Shown: positions 1-14,172, counted from the first letter of the stretch. The stretch: 64,000 bases of DNA from Malacoraja senta (GCA_038087875.1 JAXLNO010000146.1:248001-312000), one strand, 5' to 3'. Made by a program: numbers and translations. Notes: generated by a model not told the origin, from the sequence alone.

Positions 1-1500
1 GGTCCTGACGTCTCAGAAGAACCTCCATCAACACCTGCTCTCACCAATTATGCGACCAGTATCTACTAAATAAAGGAAGCCACAGCCAATTAGCTCACTC
101 TAACAGATGCTAAACACCTAATCCAATCTTACCCTAATCCTAGTCCATCATTAAGTTTGTAACATCACAAATATCTCCCTTGCATAAGACCGGATACATT
201 TGCACAAACTACAATTACAAATTATTACACATACTGCATGCCATACGTTTCCTTTCGGCCCCCAACCGACACTCTTTCTTCTCCACCAAATCCACCGACT
301 GCCTTGCTCTTGTGCCTCTGACATTTGCTTTTCAGCCTGATGCAAACTCTGTCCTTGAATTTATAGCTCTCCAAATGGCGACGTGGTTGATCTAACTATG
401 AAACCTCTACAACCCACCTCTACCGGACGTACTCTTGCTCTCCATCCTTGTTGCCCAACTTCTGCAGCCAACTCCACATATCTAAGCATTTTCCTTTCAG
501 CCAACTCCACATATCTAAGCATTTTCCTTTCAGCCAACTCCACATATCTAAGCATTTTCCTTTCAGCCAACTCCACATATCTAAGCATCTGCCAAGGCAC
601 CTTCAGTTCTATAAAATACACTATCCGCTGACTAACTGACCATAACACTATATCAGTCATCAAACTAGTAGTAATGTTTTCCTGCGGAACAACAAGCGTT
701 CCTCCTAAATATACCCGCATCTCCCAATTATTGGCTCCCCGTAACTGGCCTGACTTATACCTATCTGCAAATATCCCTCCTCTGTCTTGCTCTCCGTCAC
801 GGACAAAATGAATCGCTACACTCCCAGTCCTGATGCCTACTGAATTCACCTGTACTCTCCTCCTCTCAATTGCTGCAGCTGTGCACTTCAATACCTGGTT
901 ATGCCGTCAAGTATACCGACCCTGAGAAAGACTTGTCCGACATCCAGTTAAAATATGTCTCGACATTACCACCTCTGAACACAAGGAACACGCAGGGTCC
1001 CCACCTACCCATTGCTGAATGTTCTGTGGTGATGGCAGCACATCATAAATAGCCCTTATAAGGAAACTTACATGACCTGCCTCCATGCACCACTGGTCCC
1101 TCCAGCTAAACCTCCTCTTTTCTACACTATCGCAGTTCATCCAATGTCCCTGCTTAACCTGAGATACTGCCCTTACACATCTCACTGCTTCCTCCTGACG
1201 ACGTACTGGTCCCTCCAACTAATTCCTCCTCTCTGTTGGACCAGCCTTAATCCACACGGGTTTCCCTGTGCTGATCCCTAAGCCTCCTGTCCCTTGCTGC
1301 ACCCAACCAAAAATATCTATAAGCCTCAGAGCTGCTTGTGCTTCTTCTAGTGACTACTTGAGGTTACACTTCCTCCTTTTAGATACACTTGACACCGGAT
1401 TAATAAATAAGGTATCCTTACTCCTTGACGATTGCAACTCTAACCTCACCTTAGCACCCTTAAACTCAACGGTTAGGCTAGACAATGGTAAATGGAGAAT
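1..1500 (-). mobile_element. Degraded 3' fragment of a HERO-like non-LTR retrotransposon with restriction-like endonuclease (RLE)
   Basis: ORF 907..1218 has YDVLPSPQN..W..DP.CSLC...HILTGC...QGRYT*RHNQV (CCHC knuckle plus RHN motif). ORF 361..891 has DIVLWS..R.VYFIELKVPW...ERKMLRY.EL...PVEVGCRGF, a PD-(D/E)xK-type RLE. Stops and frameshifts are present; boundaries approximate. Confidence 0.8.
465..588. repeat. 33-bp tandem repeat (~3.75 copies) inside the RLE coding region
   Basis: Unit cagccaactccacatatctaagcattttccttt; translates on the minus strand as (RKMLRYVELAE)n. Confidence 0.95.
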
Positions 1501-1974
1501 ACATTTCCCATATAAACATTTCACCTAACAAAATGAATAATCGTTCATGTATTCCCGTCCTGAATCGCTTTCATTTAATTTGTCTATGAAAGCAGAGTAA
1601 ATCATTTGACATAGAGATGCGTAAGTGGAATAGTTATCTTTGGATAATGTCAGTGGAATAGTTATCTTTCAATAATGTGTTAATATTCAAACAATTTTTA
1701 CTTCACGATTTGTGGTAACTATTCAGCACAATTTACACAGATATATTCCTTGACAATGGAACCAATTAGAATAACGTACAAAAGATTTGTGACCCCCATC
1801 CTTGTAAGTTTTGGAAAGGAAAAGCATTGATGAGAATAACTTTTCAAAAACAATGTTTCAGTTTATCCTACTTTAGAGGTACATCAAGGATACATATTTT
1901 CGACCCACCGAGTCCACTCCAATTATCGATCTCCCTTTCACACTTCTATATTATTCCACTTTCACATCCACTCC

Positions 1975-2135
1975 CTCCAAACAAACGGACAATTTATAGA
2001 GGCCAAGCAACCTGTGTGGAAAGCGGAGCAATAGGAGGACACCGGTAACAGGGCGATCGTGCAGGCTCCAAAATGACAGCAACCAATGTCAGGATCGAAT
2101 CCTGGTCTCTGGAGCTGTCAGGCAGAGGCTCTACC
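1975..2135 (-). mobile_element. Degraded tRNA-derived SINE fragment
   Basis: ggatcgaatcctggtctctggagctg resembles the reverse-strand B-box region of the SINE at 50008-50335. Confidence 0.55.
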
Positions 2136-2479
2136 CCCTTTCACCCCCTTTTATTCACAAACTTTCCATACCAGCTTGACACTCATATTTAGCCTTTTTA
2201 TTCTGGGAATACTGTAAATCTCTTAACCCATGCTGTCAACGGTAACATTAGAAGTATGTGATCTTAGGTTATTTGTAATCAATCGTTGTATTGTAATCTT
2301 GTTTCAGTTTATGAAACGAGAAATGAAGAGACGTGATGAATCGACAGTTTTGACCTTCAGCACTCTAGTGTTAATGTGAGCAGCACTATATTACGCTAAA
2401 TTATTAAAAAATAAATCTATTCCTAAAGAACTGTGCTTTATTATGTCTTAAATTGTTTCCAAAATTGTCCAAAATAGAG

Positions 2480-3290
2480 TGGTTTTGCGGATATTGGAGG
2501 TGGTTATGACAAATTGCAATATGATCGCGATCGATTGGCCAAGTAGGCTGAGGAATGGTTGATGTAGTTTAACGCAGAGTAATGTGAGGTTTTGCATTTA
2601 TGGGACGTTTGATATGAGTAGGACCTACACCGTGAATGGAAGGGCTGTGGGTAGTTTTGTAGAGCATAGGGATCTAGAAGTACAGGTGCCATCAACCACG
2701 GTATTGAGTATAGAATTTGGGAGTTCATGTTGCAGTTGTATAAGGCTTTGTTGAGACCGCATTTATAGTATTGTGTTCAGTTCTGGGCACCGTGTTATAG
2801 GAAATACGTTGTCAAGCTGGAAAGGGTACAGATCAGATTTATGAGAATGCTGCCAGGACTCGAGAGACGAGCTATAGGCATAGTTGGAGTGGTCTGTGAC
2901 TCTATTCCTTGGAGCGGAGGATGATGGGCGATCTTATAAAGGTGTATAAGATTATGAGAGGAATAGATCGGGTAGATGCCCAGAGTCTCTTGCCCAGAGT
3001 ATGTGAATCGTGGACCAGAGGAAAGTGAAGGGGAAAAGATTTAATAGGAATGTAGGGGGTAACTATTTCACACGAAGGGTGGTGAATGTAAGGAACGAGC
3101 TGCCAGAGGAGGTAGTTGAGGCATGAACTATCCCAACAATTAAGAAACAGTTAAACAGGTACATAGATAGGAAAGGTTGAGTGGGATATTGACCAAATGC
3201 TGGCAGGTGGGACGAGTAACGCTGGAACATGTTGGCCGGTGTGGGCAAGTTGGGCCGAAGGGCCGGTTTCCAGAATGACTATGACTCGAT
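2480..3290 (+). mobile_element. CR1 LINE 3' fragment (degraded)
   Basis: Decayed LYKALLRPHL.YCVQFWAP...RRRM.GDLIKVYKI coding remnants, CR1-type 3' UTR and atgact tail. Confidence 0.85.
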
Positions 3291-5092
3291 AACTCTAATA
3301 GTGAATACAATAATATTCGGGTCGAGATTTCTTCTGTAAATATCAAACTGCTTTACGTTCATGCCTTACTACATGATATTCCAATTGATAGAACTGTTTT
3401 CACGTACATCGAGGTACATCATCATTTTCTTTATCTAAAGGATGTGAACTTGAGTGACGTTGAGCAGAGTTTGGGGCAGCGGTTCTGTCCAGATTTTTGT
3501 GAAATAAGTTATGGGCTTCATTTGTTGACAGTAAAGCTAGGCGTTTTCTTCAATTATCAAGACATATTTTGCCGTTAGTGCTCAATTGACGTCATTGGTC
3601 CAATTCGTGATACCTTAAACCATTTCTTATAAGTATCGCCTGAGCTTAAATGGAATTGGAACCAACGCCTTTTGGAATTCAACACAGTTCAATCTTGCCT
3701 TTACAACACAAGGTCTAGCATGTCTAACGAATGCACCCAAATACCACGTAAGAGAAGTAATGGAATGAGAAGTAATGGAAAGACAAATAAAAGCAGCATT
3801 TTCCTAGATTAATTTCGTAGTTCTCCAAACCGTTCCTGTATAAATGTTTCCACCTGCTGACGAAATAATCGGTGACAAAGTAAATCGGTTGCATCTCATG
3901 GCAACCGTTTCCAATTGGTCTGCTGCAATATTTTGTTTCCAGGCTACCAAAATTATCAAAAAATTAACGCAACCTATAAGCAGACAGATTAGTAATATTT
4001 TGTTATATATGGAATGACAAAAAAAATTAAGAAGTATAATTTTGTTATTCTATGCAGGATTAATTCAAATATCAAAACAGATATATGCAGTAGCCATGGA
4101 TGCACATAAATGCATGTAACTAACGGACATCTGAGGGACACTGCATTTCCACAGAGGAACAATTATAAAGAGGGTGAGATTATGCTGCAAACATCTTTTT
4201 TTAACTACTTATTTGGAGCAAAAAATCGGCACATCGTTTCCATGTTAATTTTCAAAACATTCAACACAAAAGATCGCTTGGCGGATCCCAAGGACAAGTA
4301 ATATTCGTCATATCTAAAGCCCGATATGATTGAATGATGCTAGCGTACCTCAATAGCAATAGCCATAAAGTTGAAAATTCAGACGTCTCTCAGGGTGTAG
4401 CCATCATTTCGTCACCAGCGAACTGCGAGTAGATAATGGCCAAACGCAAGTTTCGTTTAAAGCCAACTCTCGCGTAAACGGTGCACATTCACGCCGCTGC
4501 AATTTCATCGTTAATAAATATGTAGGTTTGAATTCAATACAATAACGTCGTCTTTCCTTGATGCAAGAAAGTCCCATTTTGGCTCAATTTCCTGATAATG
4601 CCGGCAGGTTTGCAATGCCATACCGGGCAAGAACGTCCACTGCCAATTGCTTCAGCCCAAAAGAGTGTTGTGTTCTCATCTCCCTATTCGACCAAATCGG
4701 TTTATAGCGCGCTTGAATATCTACTTGGAGGTACTTCAATCCAAATACATCCACGAAGTACCTGTTTTGAAGTGCATTCGTGATAATACCTTTCTAAACG
4801 AAAGAAAGGCGTTATTTACCAATCAATGCTGATCGAAATACAACATACTCCTATATTTTACGCAAGTTCCCGGAGCCTATTCAAATATCCTGGGTGTAAT
4901 GGCTGGGCGTGTAACACTGAATGATCGACCAGAACATTGCGAAATAATTACGTCCCTGCAAAAACATCATAGGGTAATTCTACTCATATGTATTTGTATT
5001 CAAATTTGACTTTCCCTGAGTTATTCATGTCGTCGTCTCAAATGCATGAACAATTATTTCCAAACAGTAAATCAATTATAACCTTGCCTTAC

Positions 5093-5162
5093 CAGGAATT
5101 CCAATTACCGCAAAAATAGGATATAAAATATATTCTACCAGTACAATGACAGGCAGACCCAT
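5093..5162 (-). CDS. Gene A, coding exon 1 of a GPR139-like orphan GPCR (exon 2 not in window, presumably left of position 1)
   Basis: Reverse strand reads ATG...MGLPVIVLVEYILYPIFAVIGIP+G then the donor GTAAG. It is 70 bp, phase 1, and matches the exon 1 length and YPI.A.IG.P motif of genes B and D. Confidence 0.85.
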
Positions 5163-5185
5163 AATCGTGGAGTAGCTACGTGTGT

Positions 5186-5260
5186 GGTTAGTTCAATAGA
5201 CACCCGGATCTCCTGCTTTCGATTTACGCTATACATATATCCCAAGGATATCCCAAGGGT
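5186..5260 (-). promoter_or_regulatory. Putative core promoter of gene A (EBF-like site, TATA-like box, GAGATCCG, AACTAAC)
   Basis: Minus strand: ACCCTTGGGA (5260-5251), TATATGTAT from 5239, GAGATCCG (5212-5205), CTATTGAACTAAC. Order and spacing match genes B and D. Confidence 0.7.
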
Positions 5261-6879
5261 GAATAGAAGAAAACATAACCATTGCATTGATGTATTGCCG
5301 TTGACAAAATTAAACGCCAGCTTTATTTTCTTTGGACAATGTTATTCTGGTGCGTTGTGCAATAAACACTCTGACAAATAGCTCAATTAGTGAAACGTGA
5401 GTAATGAAGAAATCATGTTTTTGCACCTCTGATGCATATTACTGAATAAATGCTCCCTCTGCTCTTGAAACAGCTTTCACTTGGTTATGTGTACGATGTT
5501 TATCCGTATTTTCCGTGTTATCACTGCCGACATAAGTTTCATACAGTGATCTCAGAACAATTGTCGGGCTATAAATAGTAATGCAGAATGATCGCGTGTG
5601 TTCACTCAGTCGGTTGGACTGCTTTTCAAAAACTGCGAGGGTAATTGCATTTCTTCAGCTAATTACGAGGCTCCGTACTTATTAAACGTTCTTTAAAATC
5701 ATTTTGAAATTAATAAATGCACTTTTATTCTTGAACCTATTCCCTGTTGCTTTTTAGGCAATGCGATTACCAGTATCCTGACAACAAAACATACTTTTAA
5801 ATTGCAGGCATGCAAAGCAACACCGATGATTGAAAACGAAAAATAAGTCATAGAGAGAACAATATGCATTTGTGAGAGGCTGGCCTGTGGCGTTACCTAG
5901 AATATTGAGAACAATTAAATAAAACATTATTGCAATTATGTGTGGCTATTTGTATTGGTTTATTTTTGACACGTGTACCGACAAAGTGTGTAAAACATGT
6001 GAGTGTGTGAGGTATGTTGGACGATGACAATTCTTGTACGTCCTAACCTATGGGAGGTTCGTTTGGTCGTGTGGGGTAGGGTCCCGTCGCACAACGTCGC
6101 CTATCCACTGCCTACACGGGATCAGTTCCATAGCAGGAGCAAAAACACATTTCCCTCAGTTTGAAGATAAGCAGTTCTTATCTCTGCATCTCAAGTTTTC
6201 AAGTTGTATTGATGTGATTGATGTTGCATTAGGAAGTCAAGGATTCAGTCGCAAAGGGTGTGCTGACTCCGGAGTCATGCATGACAAAGAATACTGATAT
6301 AGTCGATCGATCGCTAGGAAAACATTGCTGTGACACATCAAATGATCGAACAAGTTCATACATGTGTATTCAAGAAAATCGCAACTTAATATTGCATCAT
6401 GAAACAAGGAATAAATCGTGTCTTTCTCACAAATTAACTCCCCTCTTAAATTATCTCACGAAGTATTCATCGTTATATGCCAGGCCTTGCTCACCAATCG
6501 ATTGCTTGGTGTGATTAAATTTATAAATCAGCTGAGTCGGAGTTGCAACATGTTTGACATTCAGAAACCACGTTACGTGTTGTGCAATAGCTTGAAATAA
6601 TTGTAGTTTCTGGCGGGACACTGCATATTCTTGTACACAATCATTGAACAATATTTAGAAAGAGTGGGAAAGGACACTCAAACATATTGACGAAACAGGT
6701 TATGATTGCTGAGTGGTGTAATTAAGATACAATGTAACGTCTCCAGTGTGATTCATAGAGAAGCAAATTTTGATAGTGGGAGATTCAAATTCAAGGGAGG
6801 TATTCGACATATTTGTGTAAGCAATTGCCCGCTCTTACATGTCAGACGATCAATGGACATATATGATCTTCTTGTGGAT

Positions 6880-7200
6880 CACAGAGTCTCTTGTCCAGAG
6901 TAGGTGAATCGTGGACCAGGGGACATAGGTTTAAGTTGAAGGGGATAAGGTTTAGCAGGAATCTGAGGGATGACTTTTTCACACAAACGGCGGTGGGTGA
7001 ATGGAATAAGCTGCCAGAGGAGGCAGTTGAGGCAGGGACTATCTCAAAGTTTAAGAAACTGTTAGACAGGTAAATGAGCAGGGCAGGTTTGGAGGAATGG
7101 AGGCCAAACGCGGGCAGATGGGCCGTGTCGCTGGGCACGTAGGCAAGTTGCAAGCTCCTGTTTCCAAGCTGTGTCACTCTATGATTCTATGAATCTATGA
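6880..7200 (+). mobile_element. CR1 LINE 3' end
   Basis: ORF 6891..7073 (TRGHRFKL...FFTQTAVGEWNKLPEEAVEA) is the CR1 ORF2 C-terminus; followed by an (attctatg)-type tail. Confidence 0.9.
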
Positions 7201-8136
7201 CACAGCCTTCTGCGCCAACAACATGTGAGGCTTGACGTGATTTTTATGATCCAGAATAGACAATGTATCTTCACATTCAGTATACCTGTAACTAGTTATA
7301 AAGCGAAGACTGTCGTTTGTCAGCATTCCATTGAGGCATGCAGCAGTTAAGTGATCTTCTGAACATCCATCAATCATTTTTCTGGCAACAACCTCAAAGA
7401 AGGTTACTGTCGGAAGTTACCGAAAACACACAGATACTGAAAATTTGAATTAGGGTTAGGGCTAGGCTTGCAGAGATTGACTTCTGTCTATTATGTGTTT
7501 CTTTGGCCAGTTATTCTCATTGATTACGTGATGGTCTAGGCTAGATCCCTAACTCAATGTAATTTCTTGGGGTCTTGGTTGCTGTTCAATGGTACAATTG
7601 TTTCTAAATTATCACTTGTACCAAGTTACAATGAAGTTATGTTTTTACATGCAGATCAGCAAGACTATCACTATATATAAGCGATATCACCCAGTTAGTA
7701 CAGAGTGTATAGTACAGCCCAATGATTGCATATGGCAGAAGCGCCATTTTGGCGCTATTTCACAGTCCCAGTTGCAGTTGTCCGTAAAGGCCCTGTCGGA
7801 GCCTCTTTAGAAACTGGTTAGCCGAGGGGCGCCACCCGCAGCCGATCTTGAGGGCGAGAAAGGTAATCTTCTTACCGAAACATTTGTCCAACGTTCGCCG
7901 CCGTTGCCAACTCCCTCCATCATTCCCTCCTATTCCCGGTCTTCATTGGCTCGCAGAGGCCGGGCTTGCTGGAGGTTCGTCTACAGGGCTGTTTTCTGTT
8001 CCGCAGCAGGCAAGCCAGGCCCCATTTTGGAACCGCCACATGCCTGGAGACATTTCCGCCGCGCGCGGCCTGCCGTGAGACTGTTCCCAACATAGGCCAT
8101 GTTTCATCCCGATAAGAAGGTTACGATGGCGCATCT

Positions 8137-9470
8137 CTAGATGTTGGTGAAGGTTGTTGCAGACAGGCCGATCTTCCTAAGCCTTCTAATAAAACAGGCA
8201 GCTGTGCTTTGTTGGTCATTGCTTTGATGTGACTGGCCTGGGATAAATTGCTGGTAATATTTATTCCTGGGAACTTGATATTTATTCTTACAAACGATAT
8301 TTACTCCTGGGAACTTGGAATAAATATCAATATGGATCAACTGTAAGAAAATATTGGCACGCCAAGTGGATACACCAGCACCAGACGGGAAAATTGGAAG
8401 CTGTCTCGTAGATTTCAAAATTCAGATTTAAAATAGATTATTGTCAAACTCACCAGGGCGCAATGAAAGTCGTTGTTCACACGAAGCTCACAACGCAAAT
8501 AATTTACGTATTTTCATGCTACAATATATACAGCGGTTAGTGCGAAGCAGCAGAATGGTGCAGGGCGTGGAACAACTTTTGTGATGTAGGGCACATTAGA
8601 GTACAACAGCGGATTAACGGAATGAGGGAACGTTATGAGTAAGATATGTAGCGGCATATCCCGGATGGGGCTGCAAAATACGATATTATTTCAGTAATCA
8701 GGTAGTAGTGAGGAAAAAAGCTATTCTTAAGCCTGGCAATCCGAACTTTCAAGCTCCTGCATCTTCTCCGAGAAAGTCGAAGAAATAAGATAATGGGATA
8801 GTAGGAATCCTTGTCGATACTTCTGGCCTTCTGGTGAAATGTACCTTGATATTGAACTGGATTGAAGGAAGTGAAGACCTTATGATAAACTGTACTCTGA
8901 TCCTTCAGGCGTTTATGACCGGCACATTTGGCAGACCCGTTGGAATGTCATCGATGGAGCATCGTAGAATTTCGCCGGTATCCTCGTGGCCATCGCCATA
9001 TGTTCTCAGGAACCTAAGAAAAAAATCCACTAATGCACTTTCTTTATGACCGCCTCAGTGGTAAAGGAGCGGGATATGTTGCAAATGATATGGATGCCCA
9101 GGAACCCGAAGTTCCGGACAATGTGTAGAGTAGGCTCGTTGATGAACATAGGACGTGTGCAACCTCCCGCCTGCTTAAGTCATTGACCAACTCTGTCATC
9201 CTTATCAGTTAAGGTTGTTTCCATGACAGAATACAGATGATTGTTGCCCTCCTTCTAACATTTTCTCTCATTATAGTGAATCAATATTGTCGACACCAAT
9301 GGTATCGGTGAACACATATCAATTTGGCATTGTATGTGTTCACAGTTGTTGGTGCACAAGAAGAAGTGAGAGGGATTGAATGAACACCACTGAGTATCAC
9401 TGCTGTGTGGTGTCGTGGTGAAGTAATACTATGACCATTTGTAAACTACTCATGTCTGCCGGTCAGGAAG
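8137..9470 (-). mobile_element. Old, heavily decayed Rex1/Babar-like LINE remnants
   Basis: Minus-strand remnants resembling QR..FIRRLRK.GLS.TT.TN and FLTGR; continue after the CR1 insertion at ~10740-12100. Weak, by eye. Confidence 0.5.
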
Positions 9471-9478
9471 CATTAAAG

Positions 9479-10737
9479 ACCATATAACCATATAACCATA
9501 TAACAATTACAGCACGGAAACAGCCCATCTCGGCGCTTCTAGTCCGTGCCGAACACTTACTCTCACCTAGCCCCATCTACCTGCACTCAGACCATAACCC
9601 TCCTTTCTTTTCCCGTCCATATACCTATCCATTTTATTTTTAAATGATAAAATCGAACCTGCCTCCACCACTTCCACTGGAAGCTCATTCCACACAGCTA
9701 CCACTCTCTGAGTAAAGAAGTCCCCCCTCATGTTACCCCTAAACTTTTATCCCTTAATTCTCAAATCATGTCCTCTTGTTTGAATCTTCCCTACTCTGAA
9801 TGGAAAAACCTTATCCACGTCAACTCTGTCTATCCCTCTCATAATTTTAAAGACCTCTATCAAGTCCCCCCTTAACCTTCTGCGCTCCAAAGAATAAATA
9901 CTTATCTTGTTCAACCTTTCTCTGTAACTTAGGTGCTGAAACCCAGGCAACATTCTAGTAAATCTCCTCTGTACTTTCGCTATGTTGTTGACATCTTTCC
10001 TATAATTTGGCGACCAAAATTGTACACCATACTCCAGAATTGGCCTCACCAATGCCTTGTACAATTTTAACATTACATCCCAACTTCTATACTCAATGTT
10101 CTGATTTATAAAGGCCAGCACACCAAAATATTTCTTTACCACCCTATCTACATGAGATTCCACCTTCAGGGAACTATGCACAGTTATTCCTAGATCCCTC
10201 TGTTCAACTGCATTCCTCAATTCGCTACCATTTACCATGTACGTCCTATTTTGATTTGTCCTGCCAAGATGTAGCGCCTCACACTTATCAGCATTAAATT
10301 CCATCTGCCATCTTTCAGCCCACTCTTCCAAATGGCCTATATCTCTCTGTAGTCTTTGAAAATATACTTCATTATCCACAACACCACCTATCTTAGTATC
10401 ATCTGCATACTTACTAATCCAATTTACCACACCATCATCCAGATCATTGATGTATATGACTAACAACAGTGGACCCAACACAGACCCCTGAGGCACCCCA
10501 CTAGTCACCGGCCTCCAACCTGACAAACAGCCATCCACCATTACTCTCTGGCATCTCCCATTCAGCCACTGTTGAATCCATCTTGCTACTCCACCATTAA
10601 TACCCAACAATTGAACCTTCTTAACCAACCTTCCATGTGGAACTTTGTCAAAGGCCTTACTGAAGTCCATATAGATAACATCCACTGCTTTACCCTCATC
10701 AATTTCCCTGGTAACCTCTTCAAATAATTCAAGAAGA
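9479..10737 (-). mobile_element. 5'-truncated CR1 LINE with open RT segment
   Basis: ORF 9747..10685 contains DFSKAFDKVPH, GVPQGSVLGP and YADDTK. An 8-bp (CATATAAC)n tail lies at 9479-9504. Confidence 0.95.
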
Positions 10738-10739
10738 CG

Positions 10740-12100
10740 CTTCAGATGGAGACCCTAAAGCCAAGGTTCAGATGTTTACGGCTGAGCTCATTCTTTACTA
10801 TGGTGTTGCCAATGAACCTGTATTACCGAATAGCATTCCAACACATATATTGCTGTTATCAAGGGGATCAGAAGCTGGATGGATTGCAAGAGAGTTGGGA
10901 TGATCCATAAACCATTTTGTGGCAAATTACAGGGAGTAAAGATTATCCTTCAGAGCGGTGCAGACGTGGGCTATTACCATTCTTTAAATGCACTTTATAA
11001 TGGTTGATGTTAAAGGTGCTGGGCGGCATTTCAGTGACAGGGCATTTTGTTTTTATTTAGTGACTGGACTGATGTAAGTTTCCTTGAAGCAGATGGGGTC
11101 GTGGAATGTTGAAGTGAGATGTTAATAATGGCAGCGAAGATTGTGCCAGTTAAATGTCGCACGATATCAGAACTCACCCAGGTATTCCCCCCCGCGCTAG
11201 CAGCTTCCTCTAAGTTTACATTTCTGGATAGAGATTTGACTTCCATCACGATGTAACGGGCAGACGCTGCAAGGTGGAAGTGTGTTCACTTGGCACCGTC
11301 GTGATTTAATTGAGCATCAAGCTTGCTACGGAAATCTCTTCTTGCATCCTTGCAGAGATGATGATTGGACCTTTGTACACTCGAGGATCACCGGTCCTGA
11401 ATTCCTCGGGTCTGGGCATTAGCAGAGCGTACATCTCCCTCTACATCAGCGATTGTTGGTTAAGATTGATGTAAACTGTGGTTGATAAAACGGAATCGAC
11501 AGCGTATTTCTGGATGAAATTGAGCAGTACTGAGATGTACTCGTTCAAGCTGCATCAAGTGGTCTTGATCACGTTCCAGTTCAGTGACTCGAAACATTCT
11601 GGAAATGGACGCTGGGAATCTTCACACCGCTACTACATTACACTATACTTTGGTATCTCATGCTCCAATCACTATATGTAAGCCGACAGAAGACACCCAA
11701 ACAGATGCCTAGACTGGCCGAAACGAGGGGAAGGAAACGACCGATTAGCAACCTTTAATGTTGTAGAGCAATGATCAAGAGTTTTACCATCCCCCTTGGC
11801 GCAAGGACGTTCGGATTGCATTCATAATACACGTTTATTTTAAGCTTCATTGGAGTCAGCGGTGATACTGAACAGGATCTCCGCATTCTCAGTCTGAAAG
11901 CAATGGACCATCCTATATAACACGTCCAGTGCTGCGTCGGCTTTGGCTTGTGGTGGTTTGTGGACTGCGGAAAAGATAGTTGAGATGAATTCCCACGGTA
12001 GATAAACAGTGACGGGATATTACGAACGGCTATTCCAGGCCAGGAGAGTGGGATAGTCAAAGTGCACTAAGAAGCACTGGCCAAAAGGAGAAGCCGCAGC
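10740..12100 (-). mobile_element. Old Rex1/Babar-like LINE remnant (endonuclease/RT N-terminal region)
   Basis: ORF 11031..11249 retains AASAGGNT...LTG.IF..IINISL....P...K-like RT entry motifs, heavily decayed. Confidence 0.5.
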
Positions 12101-12844
12101 TTTTCTCTTCGGCGCTGCCATACAATAAGTGTAGAAAACCTCGGGTTGCATGGCAGGGTCAGCTCACTTAGAGTGAGCAACAGAGAACACACGGACTCCT
12201 AAATTCGCTTTGAAACGGCAGGCGTGTTCAAGCTTGTCGAGGGAGATTGGATGTTAGCGAGAAATATGCGGGCTGCATGGATGCGGCGCTCTTTTCGTCG
12301 TCCATTCAACTATAAAACATTGTGAAAGAAAAGGTAGCCATGATAAGGCACTGAATCCAGCGTGTTATCCGGTCTAATGTTTCAACCCAACATTCATTGA
12401 TTGACAGAATTCCAGCCTTTCTACATCTTTATCAATAAAACATATCTATTTTTACTTTGATATTAAATGAAAACAAATCTCTCTGAGTCCTATGATGATT
12501 TCGTTTGATTGATTTGGTTTGTCTACATGTTTGTCTACATTCCGTGAAAAGCCTTATGTGCGTGACATCCACTCAAATTACACCACAGATGAATATAATC
12601 AAGCCATATAAACGTACCACAGAGAGATGGTAGTGGAAAGAAAAACACCCGACCCCCAAAATATACCATTGTACAGCATTTATAGAATTTACAGCATAGT
12701 AGTGTTGCAGAGAACATGTCAGATGTCCACAACATCTATTGATCATAGAACATAAAACAGCTAAGCGCAGGCTCACAATGTATGTGCTGAAGCTGATGCC
12801 AAAGTAAACTAATGCCATCTGCTAGAAAGTAATCCATAGTTGAG

Positions 12845-13972
12845 CCTGGAACATCTAGAGGAGAAGAACACATATGTGCGAATGCTGTTCGTGGACTTCA
12901 GTTCAGCGTTCAATACAATCATCCCTCAGCACCTGGTAAGCAAACTGGGTCCATTGGGCCTTGTGTAACTGGCTACTGGACTTCCTCACTGACAGACCCC
13001 AGTCAGTGCGGGTTGGAAACAACACCTCCAACATCATCTCTCTGAGCACCGGCTCCCCTCAGGGCTGCGTCCTGAGTCCACTGCTGTTTACCCTGATGAC
13101 CCACGACTGTTGTGCCAGATTTAGTACAAACCACATCATGAAGTACGCAGATGACACAACAGTGGTGGACCTTATCCGGGACGACAATGAACTGGCTTAC
13201 AGGGAGTAGGTGAAATATCTGAATGTCGACAAAACAAAGGAGGTGATCGTCGACTTCAGGAAAAACCTGCACAGTCACACACCACTTCACATTAATGACA
13301 GCGATGTGGAGTTGGTCAGTAGCACTAATTTCCTGGGGGTGAAGATCACGAACAATCTGACCTGGTCAAAAAACATCACATCATTAGTTAAGAGAGCGCA
13401 GCAGCGGTTGCACTTTCTCCGCCAGATGAGAAGAGCTCGCCTCCCCCATCCCGTCCTCACCACTTTCTGCAGGGGCACCATAGAGAGCATTCTGACCAGC
13501 TGCATCTGTGTCTGGTTTGGGGACTGTAAAGCCTCCGACTGGAAGTCCGTGCAGAGAGTGGTGAGGACGGCTGAAAAAATCATCGGGACTTCTCTTCCCT
13601 CAATCGGGGACATTGCGTGCAAACGTTGCTTGTCTAAGGCCAGCACTATTATAAAGGACCCCACACATCTTCATCATGGACTGTTCACTCTGCTGCCCTC
13701 GGGAAAAAGATATCGTAGTATAAGGAGCAGAACGGCCAGGTTTTGCAACAGCTTCTTCCCCCGAGCCAACAGACTCTTGAATGCCATCTAATGTGCCGCC
13801 ACCATTATCTATTTTATCTTTTTATCCATTTTATCTTTTTATCCATTTTATTCATTTAATACTTCTGTTGTTTTGTGTTGCACGGGGAGCCAGATGCACC
13901 GAAATTTCGTTCGGAATTGCATTTATTGATGTATTTCTGAATGACAATAAAGTTTTGATTCATTGATTTATT
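12845..13972 (+). mobile_element. 5'-truncated Rex1/Babar LINE (RT plus C-terminal domain)
   Basis: [68 protein letters not shown]...NSFFP; ends in tgacaataaa plus a microsatellite tail. Confidence 0.92.
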
Positions 13973-14172
13973 TCTCCATTCCCTGCACATCCACATACAA
14001 ACTCATGCTCATCGACACGAGCGCACGTCTCCCATAAATAGTCTTTCATCATTCAATATATTTCCTGAGCATGCGTGCTAAAATTGTCTTAAACAGTGGC
14101 AATAAACAAAAATCGCCTTTATTGTGTGATAAAGGGAGTGGAACATTCCGACTATTTTGCAAGGCTCGCTAT

